Part shown: piece after piece, positions 1 to 13,263 of the stretch
Layout of the letters: each line of letters opens with the position of its first letter
Position numbering within the stretch: the first letter of the stretch is position 1
DNA from: Camelus ferus
Taxonomy: Eukaryota
NCBI RefSeq assembly: GCF_009834535.1
Contig: NC_045707.1
Span: 56,050,001-56,114,000, forward strand
DNA length: 64,000 bases
Direction: 5' to 3'
Made by a program: the position numbers and the translations under genes
The notes under the pieces: model-generated
Seen by the model: only the letters and a program-made list of their open reading frames with translations
Database searches by the model: none
Told to the model about the DNA's origin: nothing

Positions 1-387
1 AGGAACAATACAATTTAGAGGTTTGTTCCTAACAGTCTGTTTTCAGCTTCTCTGCCCCTCCAGTCTTCTGTCAGAGAGTTAATGGTCTGGAAACTAACAC
101 TCAAATGCACTGGGTGAGATATCTAATTAAAGAAACCCTGGGTGAATCCTTTTATAAAGAAAAATCATTCGGCAATGAACACAATTACCTCCCTATATGA
201 TATTTCATGGGTTTAAAAACTGTATACTTGAGTGAGATAGCCCATTTGCTTTCTAGAATATTTCTGTTAATTATTTAGAATTTAAAGATTTACCTTCCCA
301 TTCCTGAGTGCTTCAAACAGCCTCTCAGTCATATGGATGAAGGGACTGTTGATGTACATAATTCATGTACTGAAGAATGGTGTGTAT

Positions 388-583
388 TTTGGCAGATACA
401 AACTACTCTGTACAGAATAAACAAAGTCCTACTGTATGGCACAGGGAACTATATTCAATAGCTTGTAATAATCTATAGTGAAAAAGAATTTATATATATA
501 TATAACTGAATCACTATGCTGTACACCAGAAACTAATACAACATTGTAAATCAATTATACTTATTTTTTTTAAATGAGGGGGA
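388..583 (+). mobile_element. 5'-truncated LINE-1 3' UTR fragment
   Basis: Motifs cacagggaactatattcaata and ataactgaatcactatgctgtacaccagaaac are shared with other copies in the window. TSD AATGGTGTGTAT at 376-387 and 584-595. Confidence 0.9.
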
Positions 584-1629
584 AATGGTGTGTATATATG
601 TATCTACATTCTATATTTCTTCTCCCCCAGGGAAATAAAATAAATAGAAATGCCAAATACTGTCATTTGAATATTTATTTGATCCTGGTGGGCAAGCTGA
701 AAAGGAACTGAACTGTAGGTATCAAGGAAAATAACAGCCCAAACTCCTAACTACTTGACTCAAGTAATTTTAATTTTACTTACTTGTGTGACTAATTGAG
801 CCATTTCTTCTTTTCTTTAAAAAAAAAACAAAACTGCTGTTGATGGAAATAATCAAGGAAACAATTTTCTGAATCCTTTATCATTTGTCAACCACTTAGG
901 TTGCTGCTCTCTGACACTGTTTAACTCAACTGCACAAAATAAAAGTCTCAACTTTCCTGGACCTTCCCTCCCCCGTCCTGTCCCCAGAGCACTCTGTCCA
1001 CATCCTATGATGGTTGAATTGTCCTGTACCTGTTTCCTTTGCTGTCTCTCTCAGTAGACTGAATATGTCTCAAAGAGCCCTTGCTTTGTAAAAAGCTCTT
1101 TGACATTCATGAAGAGGTGAGGCAGGGCAAAAGGCAAATATTTGTTTAAGCACCTATTATGTCCCAGACAAAGATTGCCCTTTGTTATTAAATCCCAAAT
1201 TTAATCATCACTGCTTTATAAATTTCCCAGGGGTAAAGAACTCACCTTCTTTAATTATAAACTTCAAGGTTTGTCTTTCAGAAACAGCTTTCAAGTAACA
1301 AAAATAATACATCAAGACTTTTTCAAACAAGGAAATCCTATAAAATTTTAGGGAAAAAAAAAGTCAATATAAGCAGTTTTCACTTTTTTTTTTCTTTTTT
1401 AACATTTATAAACTCCTTAACTTCATATACTTTGATTTGGATCCCCTTCCTCTTGGCCAAAACCGTTTTCTGAAAGGTGGCCAACCTCCCTAATCCCACT
1501 AAAACTCTCTCCTCTACTATTCCATAAATCTGTACTCCTCTTTCTGTTCTCAGAAGTTCATTTTCTCTTTTCTTCTGTTTCCACTTCCCACTTGAAACCA
1601 GAAAACTTTTAACTGTATTGTTTTCTTCA

Positions 1630-2480
1630 AATTACCACCCAAAAGAATTCAACTGTCTTGTCTTATCTTGTCAATGTCCAATATTTGTTCCACCAAAAAA
1701 ATCTCTTTCCTATTTTCAATTGTTCTGCTCAGTGTATCCATCTGGAAGTCATGATGTCATGTGGGTCACTCAACTCAACATATCCAAAATTTAACATCTG
1801 TTTAACTGTATTTCTTACATTTGCTAATGGTACCCAGTCTTCCCAGACACCCTGGACCAAAACATTGGGGCCATCTTTGATTTCCTCTGATATTCTAACC
1901 TGCATCAAGTCCTGTTGATAAATAATACTTTTACAGTACTTCACACTTCTTGTCATTCTCCGTACATTCCAGCTTCTATTAACATTCAGGCTCTCATGGC
2001 TACAAACCAGGAATACTACAGAAGCTCCTTAAAGGCTCTCCCCATCCATCACCAGACCCTCTTCTCTAAGTATCCTACTTGTCAGACTAGCCTTCCTACT
2101 GTAGAGCTTGCTTAAAGGGGTTGCTCCTTATCACAGGGTATAAACCCCTTAGCTACCAATTCTATCCTTCCACAATCCATTCTCATTCTGCCCTTCCCAA
2201 CATTACCTCTAAACTTTATTCATCAACCCAGGCAATTCACTTTTGCGTATGTCATGCCTTTTACTCAGAATTCCCTCCTTTTCATCCTATTTTCTTTGTC
2301 AAAATCAGTTTCATCCTTCAAGGAGAAAAGCTTTAAAAGTTTCTTTGAATTCCCCAACTGGGAATCAGCCCTTCTCCTTCAAGTGCCTTCAGCCTACTGC
2401 CTTATGTTCCTTATTACACTGGAAGCTGTCCTCATCCCCACCATGCACAGAGAGCCTTGCACATAAGAGATTTTTTTAAA
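1630..2480 (+). mobile_element. Degraded LINE-2 (L2) fragment
   Basis: C/T-rich; ctcaactcaacatatccaaaa and ggccatctttgatttcctc resemble the L2 3' region; ends with an L2-like gccttgcacataa. Confidence 0.6.
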
Positions 2481-3319
2481 TGATGGTCAAATATTTTGAA
2501 AGCTGTCAAAACCCTTGCCTCCTCTTTAAAAGGTTTAAAAATAAATACAGTTGATTAAAAAAAATGAAATTTACAAAAAAATATAGCCTGGTACCCAGCA
2601 CTTCCATGAATATGCCTTCTAAGCGTGCCAATGTGTGTTTCTCATTTAACCCCCTCTTTGTTGTTTAAAAATGATCTACAACCAACAGGGACAGCTCTAA
2701 GCCACACGCAAACACTTTCCATATTTCCCAGTAAATGCTAACAGGAAAAATGTGTTTGTGTAGGATTCGACTCTACCAATTCAAAGATCAACAAGGACAA
2801 ACCCTGTTTTCTCCCTACCCCTGCAAAGAGCGCGGCCATGACATTTTTATGATTTCATCAATGAGAATAAATCATACATTTCCAAGTTCTCAAGTGTGGG
2901 AAGACTAAATTTACTAAAATTTGGAGGGGGGGCAGTTGTTAACTAGCATTGATTATTTTAGGAGCTTAAGTCAACTCTGACATTTGTACCTTTTCCCACT
3001 TTTCCTCTAATAATCAACTTCAATGACAAAAATAGGAGCTCTGAAAACACAACAAATTAAATGACCTGAAAGAAGGAAGCCTGATGTCCAGCTGGGTGCC
3101 GAGTGCTGAGATCAAGTGCCCAGATGCACAGCTGAACAGAGCAGCAACCACGGCCGAGCCGGACTAGTAGGCGACACAGGTGAGCAGCCCTGGGAGGTGA
3201 AGAACCAGAAGTTTCCTCACAGTCTGGGAAATGCCGGCTTCCCAACACCCTCCGGCTGCATGTCTCTGTCTGCCTTCTTAGTAACACTCCTTTAGTGTGC
3301 TCACCCTGCCGGCCAGGCA

Positions 3320-3495
3320 TTATACCTAGAGTTTTAATTAAGAGTATTGCCTGGTTTAATCCGCAAACCATTTTTCAGGAGGAAGATACTGTCACTACCT
3401 TGGGTTTACAGAGGAAGAAATTAAGGCTAGAGAGGTTAACATCCTGCCCAAGGTCACACACAGCTAGTAGCTGCCAGGGTTTGAAACCATGTTCA
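3320..3495 (-). mobile_element. MIR SINE
   Basis: MIR core, reverse complement: tttacagaggaagaaattaaggctagagaggttaacatcctgcccaaggtcacacagctagt. Confidence 0.85.
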
Positions 3496-3554
3496 ATTCT
3501 TTTTTTTTACTCTTTTAAACATTGTACTAAGTGTATTAGTTTACCATTTTTAAA

Positions 3555-3732
3555 AAAATTACTGTCAGTCACAATGTGTCAATTTCTGGTGTACAGCATA
3601 ATGTTTCAGTCATATATATATATGTATATATATATACATACACACACACACACACATACATACATACATATACTCATTTTCAAATTCTTTTTCATGATAG
3701 GTTACTACAAGAAATTGAATATAGTTCCCTGT
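3555..3732 (-). mobile_element. LINE-1 3' UTR fragment with expanded (TA)/(CA) microsatellite
   Basis: caatttctggtgtacagcataatgtttcagtcat...gaatatagttccctgtg is the reverse complement of the L1 3' end seen elsewhere in the window. Confidence 0.9.
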
Positions 3733-4019
3733 GGAAACCACACTAAATTCTTCTCTGCTTCATATCTACAAACACTGATGATACTGGTTTTTATTCACTT
3801 CTATGTATTTATAACTGATCATTATTATTTCACTACTTAGTCCTATGTGTGTCTCAATAAAGGCCAGAGGACTTGATTTGGCCTGGGACTCTCCACAGCA
3901 AAACAAGCCTGACTGCAGGCACGTGTGCTGGTTAAAGCTTCGCCATGATGCTTCTCCCCCTGCTCCTCGGGGCCCCAACAGCCCAGGAAACAAGTCTAAG
4001 GGGTTCGCCAACAAGACCC

Positions 4020-4470
4020 TGCAATGGGTTGAGTTGTGTGCTCCCACGAAAGATAAGCTGGAGTTCAAGCCCTCAGTGCCTCAGAATGTGACCTATCTGA
4101 AGGGAGGGTCTTTACAGAGGTCATCAAGTTCAAACTAGGTCATTAGGGTGGTCCTCGTCCAGTACGAGCGGTGTCCCTATGCAAAAGGAGAATCTGGACA
4201 CACACACACAAAATGCCATGAGAAGATGAAGACAGTGATCAGAATGGTGTTTCCACAAGCCAAGGAAGGCCACACATTACCAGCAAATCCCCAGAAGCCA
4301 GGGGAGAGGCCTGGAACAGATCCTCTCCTCACAGCCCTCAGACGAAACCAACACTGCTGACACCTTGAGTTCAGACTTCTAGCTCCAGAACTGGGAGACA
4401 ATAAATGTCTTTTTTTCTGTATCACCCAGCTTGTGGTACTGCGCAATGGCAGCCCTAAGAAACGAATGCA
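4020..4470 (+). mobile_element. MaLR solo LTR (MLT1B/C-like)
   Basis: TG...CA ends; MLT1 motifs cctcagaatgtgacc, ggtctttacagaggt, caagccaaggaa, gacttctagctccagaactgggagacaataaa, ggcagccctaagaaac. Confidence 0.85.
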
Positions 4471-5002
4471 TCACCCCTTCCAAAAATTTAACAGACATGT
4501 GGCCACAGTAGCAATAACAGATCATATTTCTATTCCACCTCTGCATGGATTCCCTAGGAAATGACTCTTAGTATATTAAGCTCACTTTTCACCTCTGGAA
4601 GCAGCAGGGCACAAGCTCTCTTTCTGCAGCAGCCAGATTGGAAGCAAGAGGGTCACATGACCCCCGTCAAGGCAGCTTTGCACCATTAGTCTACACCCAG
4701 CTGATCTCTTATTTGTGGGACTGAATTCATTCTTCATCACTGAGTGTATTTCTCATCAGTGTTGTCAAGAGTGTGATAAGTCTAGGTAAGTTTTACATTT
4801 ATAGAAAGCTGCTACAGATAATTTAATTCTCTGGTAATAATTCTCCCAAGGAAATATATAAGCTGGAATAGCAGCCAGACTGATGCACAGGCTGGCAGAA
4901 GGGAGTGACAGTAAGTTGCATAGGGGAGGAATGATATATTTTGCTGAAGTTACAAATGCAACATAGGCTTTTCTGAGTTCATCAACCAGAGATCATTGCT
5001 CT

Positions 5003-5303
5003 CTTTTTTTATTTTTTATTTTTTAATTGAAGTAGAGTCGATTTACAATGTTGTGTTAATTTCTGGTGTACAGCATAATGATTCATTTATACATAAATAT
5101 ATATATATATATTCTTTTTCATTTTTTTTATTATAGGCCATTACAAGGTATTAAATATAGTTCCCTGTGCTATATAGTAGGACCTTGTTGTTTATCAATT
5201 TTATATATAGTAGCTAGTAGCTACAAATTCCAAACTCCCAATTTATCCCTCCCACCCTCTTTTCCCCCTGGTACTCACGGGCATAGAAAACAAACTTATG
5301 GTT
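5003..5303 (-). mobile_element. LINE-1 3' end with a short 5' inversion (twin-primed)
   Basis: Perfect 18-bp TSD ACCAGAGATCATTGCTCT (4985-5002, 5304-5321). 5003-5273 is minus-strand L1; 5273-5303 is plus-strand L1. Confidence 0.92.
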
Positions 5304-6179
5304 ACCAGAGATCATTGCTCTTGAAAGCAAAAATTTTCCTGCAAATATCATCACTGCCTGGATGTGTTTCTAAGGTATATTTTCCTTACCTCTAGCTGTC
5401 CATTAGTCACCATTTCTCTAAGGAGCAAACCTACCGCGTCCTAGCTCAGAAAGCAGATTGACTATGCAATTCACAGAAGTGGAAAATAAGAGGGACTGAG
5501 GCATGTTTTTACATCAGTTATTGATATGACTTTTTCTTTTTTTGTCTACCTAGACCTTATTTCACACAGCACCCGTTTTTATTATGGTACCTGAAGAAAA
5601 GAGTTAGTGATACCTAAAAGACCGCATGTCAGGATATCACACGGTCACTTCTGTGAGAAGCTTGGCCGGCCAATTCACTTTAACAACAAGGAGGCCTATT
5701 TCTGGGAAGCACACAGGGGTGATGGTCTCATTCACTACACTACAGAAGTATAAGGGCTGCCTTCATGAGTAAAACAACAAAGGAGAGGACAGCCTCCACC
5801 CTTTTTATCAAAATTATAATCAGTAGCACATAACCTCGCAGGAGAACCCAGGTTTTATAAGAAATAGTATTTCATCAAATTATTTTCCAATGAGATAAAT
5901 AAAAACTCCACAGTCACTCGCAGAACATCCATAATGTTACCAAAAAATGGCAATCAATATTGCAGAAAACAAGGTAGGAAAGACAATAAACAACATAACA
6001 TATGAACAGTATAGCGTAAATAGTGAGTTTGAAAGGCAACCAAAAACAATGGTTTCAGATACTCTGTTGATATAAATCAAAGTGTGAACCAACATTCAAC
6101 CTTTTATTACACAGATAAGCCTTAAATAATAATTTGTATTATTATAGCTTTTATTTTGATCTGATTATATCTAACCATA

Positions 6180-6305
6180 TGATGATTTAAACAGAATTTC
6201 ACAGACTTGTGGGGTGGGAACTGTTAGATCCCCACTTTACAGGTAAGGAAACTGAGGCTTAGAGGAGTTGAGTGACCTGCCCAAGGTCATAACCAGTAGC
6301 TGACA
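6180..6305 (-). mobile_element. MIR SINE
   Basis: cccactttacaggtaaggaaactgaggcttagaggagttgagtgacctgcccaaggtca matches the MIR core. Confidence 0.88.
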
Positions 6306-7764
6306 AGTTACAGAACCTGCACTGACATCCCAGACTCCCAGGATAAGTTGGTCTGGATTTTTAGGCCACACGGCTTCTCAACAGAACTGGCCTGGAAAGA
6401 AAGGGGCCTATTTTACAAATAAGACTGCATTATTCAAATATACCACATTAACATGTTCCTATGAGAGAAAGAATAAAGAATGAAAGCTAAGTCATGTGTT
6501 TAATACATAGTCATCATTAAACATAAATAGATTTGTCACTTTTCCCTCACAAAACTATCTGCCTTATCAACTAAAATTCTTTGCCATCTTTTTTACTGTC
6601 TACCCTCCAGTGGTTGCATAGATTACAAATATCACTTCTTAAAATACTATTTTTAAGATATCTATAATTATGCCTAACTTCAGAAAAACACATTAAATTT
6701 AAGTTCTCTGTCACTTAGTGTAACTTTATTAAATGTGCTATGCAGAATACATTTTTTTTCCTAAACTAACCACCCCAACAGAATTATTCTTAGACCAACT
6801 ACTTAAATTGCTGGAATAGAATAAAGTTATTTTTTAATTTTTGTTTTCACCAAAAGATAAAGGAGGCTATTTAGCATGTTAAAATATATGCAACGGACCA
6901 GAAATAATTGGTCATTACATGTCTTAAAATAAATTCCATTAGATTTCCCTGAATTTTTTTCACTAGTAAAACCAGAAGCCAAAGAGTTGAATTTACCACC
7001 AGCACCTTCAGCTGGTATCAGTCTATCACAAAGCTTCTTGTTTTTAAAATAGTAAATAAAATCATTCTTCAGCCTTGTTTCAAGATACCTTAGTAACCAG
7101 CTCTATTTAGTGACCATCATCCCTCTGTAGTGCTCAAATTCACTGAAATACTGGCAAGAGAATCTGGCAAGGTCACCTTGGCTACAAACACCCTCTCTTC
7201 TCAACAAACCACCCTCGCTGCTCTGTCTTATTAAAACCCAACAACTCAAGAGGCTCCTAGGAGGGAGGCCTCTAAAACTTATTTCAGATCCACTCCCTGG
7301 GTGTCTTCTAGGTGGCTGGCACTGTCTTAAGTTTCTGGTGTACGGAACACATCTGATATTCTAATTCATCCTACTACCTCTGAAAGGCCAAAATCACTGA
7401 TAACACATAAACTTGTATCTGTTTTATTTTATCAGGCTCTCCAACTGTAAACTGGCAAAAACCAACACTGGTGTCAGACAACCCAATCTCAACTCCTCAG
7501 ATGCAAACACTAGGCTGAAGACACGACCAGGGTTATCAAGGTGTAGGTGAGTTTTCTAGAGTAGAGAGAATTTATGGAATGAACAGGCTGCCTTATCATA
7601 TAATTTCCCCAACTTCTTCCAGCCCAAGAGATTGATGAATGAACTATTCCATGTTGCCTTACATTTCTTAGGATCCTAGGCTCTTTTTCTTTATTTTTCC
7701 AGAAGATTTCTATGGGCATCACTGGTACCTTTTCTGAAATGCTCCCTACAAGGCAGAGACTGTT

Positions 7765-7860
7765 ACCAGTAACTTTATGTTGGAGAAACTAAAACTCAGA
7801 GTAGTTAAGTAGCCTGTCTAAAGTCAACTAGTCTATAGCTAAGGCAAGTCTGTCTGTCTT
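7765..7860 (-). mobile_element. MIR SINE fragment
   Basis: ggagaaactaaaactcagagtagttaagtagcctgtctaaagtca. Confidence 0.6.
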
Positions 7861-9999
7861 CCGGCTCTAATCTCTTAAAAAATATGTCAAGAGGTGGTTA
7901 AATTCACCTTCTCAAATATATTAGAGTAATTGGAGTATCATTTTCAGATGTTTATAATAGAAGCCTTCATAAAAAGTAGGACTATACGTAACTCGTTGGA
8001 CCGAACACAAACTAAAACTGGAGATGCTTTTATTTAAAATGTAAAACAGCTAAATGCACAGGAGGTACAGTCCTCCATTTGTCTGTGGAATCAACATCCT
8101 CTAGGTAAGCAAATGTCACTAACAATATAGCTCAATTTATTTCCCCCAACAGAAACCCTTTCTGTGTGTGAGTGGGGAGATGTCGTGGAAGAGGGGAGAC
8201 GTGCATCACTTATACCTTTCAAGAACAAAAGGGGAACGAAAGCTCAATGACAGGCAGTCAAAAGAGAGGGGACAAAGGCTAAAGGAAGGAGTCAGAAGGA
8301 AGGCGTGCGCCCCAGGAGTCAGCACTAGCTGAACAAATTGCAGGGCTGTGCCCGTCCCACACGCTGGCCGAGGGCAGAGAACAGCCCCACGACCAAGTCA
8401 CATGTGCCCTCTTCTCACGCATCAACAGACCAGGAGCAAGTAAGTGAATAGCTGCAAGTGAGAGACTACGGCACCCTGGGGGCATCGAATTGTAAAGAAG
8501 GTTTTCTATCAGGAAGCTGAAAATCAAATTCGTAAGGTTGACATTGTGGGTACAAAGCAGCTGATGCTGAAACACTTCCCTAGAGATCAAGGAAGCATAA
8601 AAGTTAAGTCATTTTCCCAAGTCCCATATACAGTAGATAAGCCTATTAAGAACATTGTAAGCTATGCTAATTGGTTCAGAGGTTATATATCTCTTTTGTT
8701 TGTTCCCACTGAGCCTTCACACACTGCAGTGAATTGGGGGGAAAGACAGTGTAATAAATCTATCTGAAACAAAACAGCATTAGGGTTTGAAAGATGCTAA
8801 TGAGCTGCAGTGTTCCAACTTGCAAACCTCCCATCCCCACCCCCACCCCTACACGATATTACTGCTCCAAAGTCCTTTCATTTCTAACAGGCCCAGGAAG
8901 AAGGCGTGTAAAAAGTCAAATCCTCATGCTGTTAATTCCTTATTAAAATGAATAGTTTTAAAGTGAAATCAAGTGTCATTTAAGATGGTGACACTAATTT
9001 AGTCATTTAAAATGAAAGCATGTTCCTCTGCATTTAAAATATTAAGGAGAAATTGAATTTGTATCATTTCATTGGAAAACTCCATTAACCTTAATTAAAT
9101 AATGCTTTTTAGAAGTTATTATTTTCAAAGTAAATCTGTGCCTAAATGTAGAATTGGAGATCTGTTTTAATTAAAAAGAAAAAAAAAAAAAAAGACTGAG
9201 TCACTTTATTATCCTGGGATAGAGGCTGAGGAGACATGTAAATGAAAGAACTACACAAGATAACAAGTCCTTTATCATATGTTAAATATTATTCTGGGAG
9301 CTTAACAACCCAAGACCTAAAAGGTGAAAGAGAGGGGGAGGGGTTCCTAAAAAAGAAAATAATGTTTTATCCTTTGCACACCAATAACAGGTTTGTGTAA
9401 ATACCAGGTAGTGAGGACACATATATTCTTGAATAGGCTTCCCTCCTTAGGGCAGAAGCAAAACACACCAAAATGACTTGTTTGTTGGGCAGGATTTACA
9501 GAGTGCCCTCAGAGAGAAGCATCTATCTGGTCCTCTAATACAGCAGCCCAGAGGTGATGCCTTCCCCCACCCACTTCATTCGAGTGCTATAGATGAGCTC
9601 ATTTACCCAGATCTCCTGAACAGGGGCTAAGAGTCACTACCACACTCCAGCAATTATTAATATTTGTTCTAAATTATCAAGAAAGAAGGAAGAAAGGCAG
9701 GGAGGGAAGAAAAAGAGGGAATGTATTCTAATACACTGTATCTGCTCCAGTAATTTAATTCTCCCCAGCTAAGTCAGCATCCCCTTCGAAAAAGAATTCA
9801 CAAGATGAAAAAAAAATGTTGCCAAATGACAATACCAAACCAAAGCTGAACCAACCACTGATGTTAGAGAAATTTCAAATCTTGAGTCTGTCAAACAGGA
9901 AAAGGAAACTACAGCCAAAGAGAAAACCAACTCCTACCAGCTTGACCCATTCCTTCCACAACTATGACAAAACTCCAGGCTCTCCATCATAAAGCAAGG

Positions 10000-10160
10000 G
10001 AATCTGGCCATGACAGCATGACCTTGGGTAATTCACTCATTTTTCCAAGCAGTTTCCTTCTCTGCAAAATGAATGATAATATCAATAACACTCGCCTTGC
10101 CTACTCCTCAGGTGAAATGTGAAAAGCAAATACAATACAACACAGAAAGCAAACTGATAG
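10000..10160 (+). mobile_element. MIR SINE fragment
   Basis: atgaccttgggtaattcactc...cagtttccttctctgcaaaatgaatgataat. Confidence 0.65.
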
Positions 10161-13007
10161 CATAATTTGTCACAAATGCTTATTTTATGTATTCCTATCA
10201 TGATCTCACAAAAGAATCAAGCTAACGCTCAAAGAAGGGAAGATGAATCAAATGCCCATCAGCCAGAATTCTTTCTACAGTATTAACAGCACAAATTTCT
10301 TTAGATCCCCTGGCTTCTTTCATCACTGCTGTTTCTCCAGAGGTGATTAAGAGCCAGAATTGTTTGCATATCTTAGCAGAGAGCCTGACTCAGTCAGTAT
10401 TTCTACATAATTTTAAATCAGGCATGGGATTTCACTTCAAGTCAATACTATTCATCCTAGATGGAAAGACAATAATAAATCCATCCATTGCTCATGTTGC
10501 TAATGCCATTAATATACTATATTTATATTTATCTACAGAGTTCATATGTCCACATGTCAGTTTATTTCATATTTCAAATGCTTCTTGAACATTATAGTAT
10601 ACTTAAACCTACTGGATCTTCCCTCTTTACTAACAACTTCTGGAATTCAGCATATGCCTAATTAGAGCCTATGGGATGCAATTCTTTTCCCCACGCTGTT
10701 TTGGATGCTCTTAATTGCTTGGCAAAGCCCCATTTCTTACACCTGCCATTAAGAAGATTAAAAAAAAACTGTTTAACTTTGTTAATCCCACGTTTCAGTG
10801 ACTGGTTTCAAAAAGACAAAAGGAATGAATTTAGAGACTTTAAGAAGCCATTCGGCACAAGGAAATGCTTTATCACCTACAGGGAGCATCCCTCAGTGAG
10901 TAAGGAACCTCTGGCGACAAACAGAAATAGAAAACAGGCTTCTTCTAAAACTCCATTCAGAGCCCCCTGGTTCTGAAAGTGAAGAAAGGGAGAAGCTACA
11001 GGGATTTACAACTTCAGAACTCTAGAAGGGGACAAACAACAGGCCAAGAACCTAAGAGCAGGTAAGTGCTTACAGTGAAGTCAATGGGAGATTTTAAGGA
11101 CATAATTATAACATCCATTTTCCGGAGTCACTGAGGTGCCAGTTGGAAAAGATGGGGACATCAGTTCTTAAACATGACAAGGGTCTGGGAGAGCTGTGAG
11201 AGAGAGAAAGGAAAGCCAACGAAGCTTTCTCATCACACTAGGAAGACTACAACTGAACACAATGTAGATAGGGAAAGAGACACATGTAAAATACAAACGA
11301 GCATGTAAGCAGGGGAGCTGCTGGTGGGAGGGGAAGGGGAGGGCTGCACAGGGGAAAACGAGCATATTGACAGTCCCAGCACTGCCCACCCCCCCACCCA
11401 AGCAACTCTGCTATGTATGTACATCACTACTGTTTTTAGCCTATCAAATATTGTTATTAAAAAGAAAAAAAAATCATGTAGCCACAAGAATTGAGCCCTC
11501 AACAAATATGTCACTTAATCTCAATTTTGCCAATAGCTACAGGTACCTGCAATGATGTAAGAATTTTGAATATTTCCACTGAATTTGAGGAAAAATCTTA
11601 TTTTCCTTATTCTAAATATCTATGTAAGAAGTCAGAAGAAGTCCTGTCATGTCCTCTCTGTACCTGAGTAATACTGCTATAATAAACTCTTTCCCAAAAT
11701 AAAAAGCACTTTATCAAAAAAGGTATTTCCAAAATGTTACATAATAATACAATAAAAGAAGCTGTTATCAAGTCACATTTAAAATACAGAAACAGATCTG
11801 ATTTTTTTTTTAAGGAAACCCATGACAGACTTTTTGTAAAGAAATCATTCAAATATTATTGAGACACTGGAAAGTCTATTCCTAACTCACACTAAAACAC
11901 CATTTTGGAAAAGTACATTCTACTCTCTTAAAATAGGACACAAACTTTATCAGAATGGAGTAAGGAAAGAAAAGTTTAGCCCACTGTTGCTCCAAGGACA
12001 TTTAACATTCAATACCTGTCTTTAATCAGCTAAGGGAATTATATACACACAGACCTGTGCTGATATGATAAAATAAATTTTACTTAGGTCAAAGATAACT
12101 GTGAAAGATAAAGACTTGAAGAAGCAAATCTTAGCAAGCAACAATCTGGGAAGATTTAGCAAACACCAATACTACAGGGGAAAATATGAATTCATTTCCA
12201 TATAGATGGGTTCTGTACTATTCGAACCCTTTAAAAATCTAAACATCATTATAAACAATTCCTTAGTAGTAGCTCCTTTCCATTTCAGAAACACTTAAAA
12301 TAGCAAACAAGCTATTACACATAAAGTGAAAGTTCAGTTCAGAAAATAAGTACGATGACATTTCATAAATAATACCCCTTAGCCATCCCATCCTACTCAG
12401 ACCATCTAAAATTAACCCTAAAATTAAACTTCAGTGGAAAAACCACGGAACTATAGAAAACGATAAAAACCGCTTCGCCGAGTAGATAGCGAAAATATAA
12501 ATATGAAAAAGATTTTACCAGTTTATATCGGGTATACTCATCAAAATGTACAACCCTACCACCCAACCAAAACACAACGTGTCAGACAGAAACAGCCTGA
12601 TAAAGATCACTAAGCAAACAAAACACGTCAGGGCCAGACACAAACTGCACTGCCACCCAGACTTCCACAGCACGATGAAGACAAAGCAAATGAAGCATTT
12701 TTCACTTTCTCCAGTTTATAATAAAACAGGTATGCATGGGGAATTCTTTTTGAAATGCTATAGATAGAAATCAACTACAGCATAACTGAAGAGTAAAAAT
12801 ATTCTTAGAAAGAAGAAAACATCTAAGATCCCTTGGGGCGAGGGTTCCTCCCACCACAAGGTCCCTGCAGAGACTGGGGAAACTCCAGGAAGAGCTCTAG
12901 GGGGCTTGAGACATTATGTGGGTGTGTGTATTTCAGTAACACTTTATTTGTAAACACTGAAACTTGAATTAAAAATGATTTTTCTTAATATAATATCTTT
13001 CTTAAGA

Positions 13008-13263
13008 TTTTTTTTATTATTATCAAAGTACAGTCAGTTTATAATGTGTCAATTTCTGGTGTACAGCCTAATAGTTCAGTCATGCATATACATACATATA
13101 TTCATTTTCATATTCTTTTTCATTATAGGTTACTATTGAATATAGTTCCCTGTGCTATACAGTATAAACTTGTTCTTTATTTTATATACAGTAGTTAGTA
13201 TCTACAAATCTCGAACTCCCAATTTGTCCCTTCCCACTCTTTACCCCTCCTGGTAACCGTAAG
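13008..13263 (-). mobile_element. LINE-1 3' UTR fragment
   Basis: T-tail followed by gtcaatttctggtgtacagc...gaatatagttccctgtgctatacag...ctcgaactcccaattt...ctggtaaccgtaagt. Confidence 0.92.

Noticed and set aside
3295..3840. Longest ORF in the track (181 aa)
   Set aside because: Reads through a MIR, an antisense L1 and a microsatellite; no coding signal.
11160..11237. Minus-strand GTGATGA...CTGA spaced like a C/D snoRNA
   Set aside because: No terminal stem; the interior is a simple pyrimidine tract; no recognisable rRNA antisense element.
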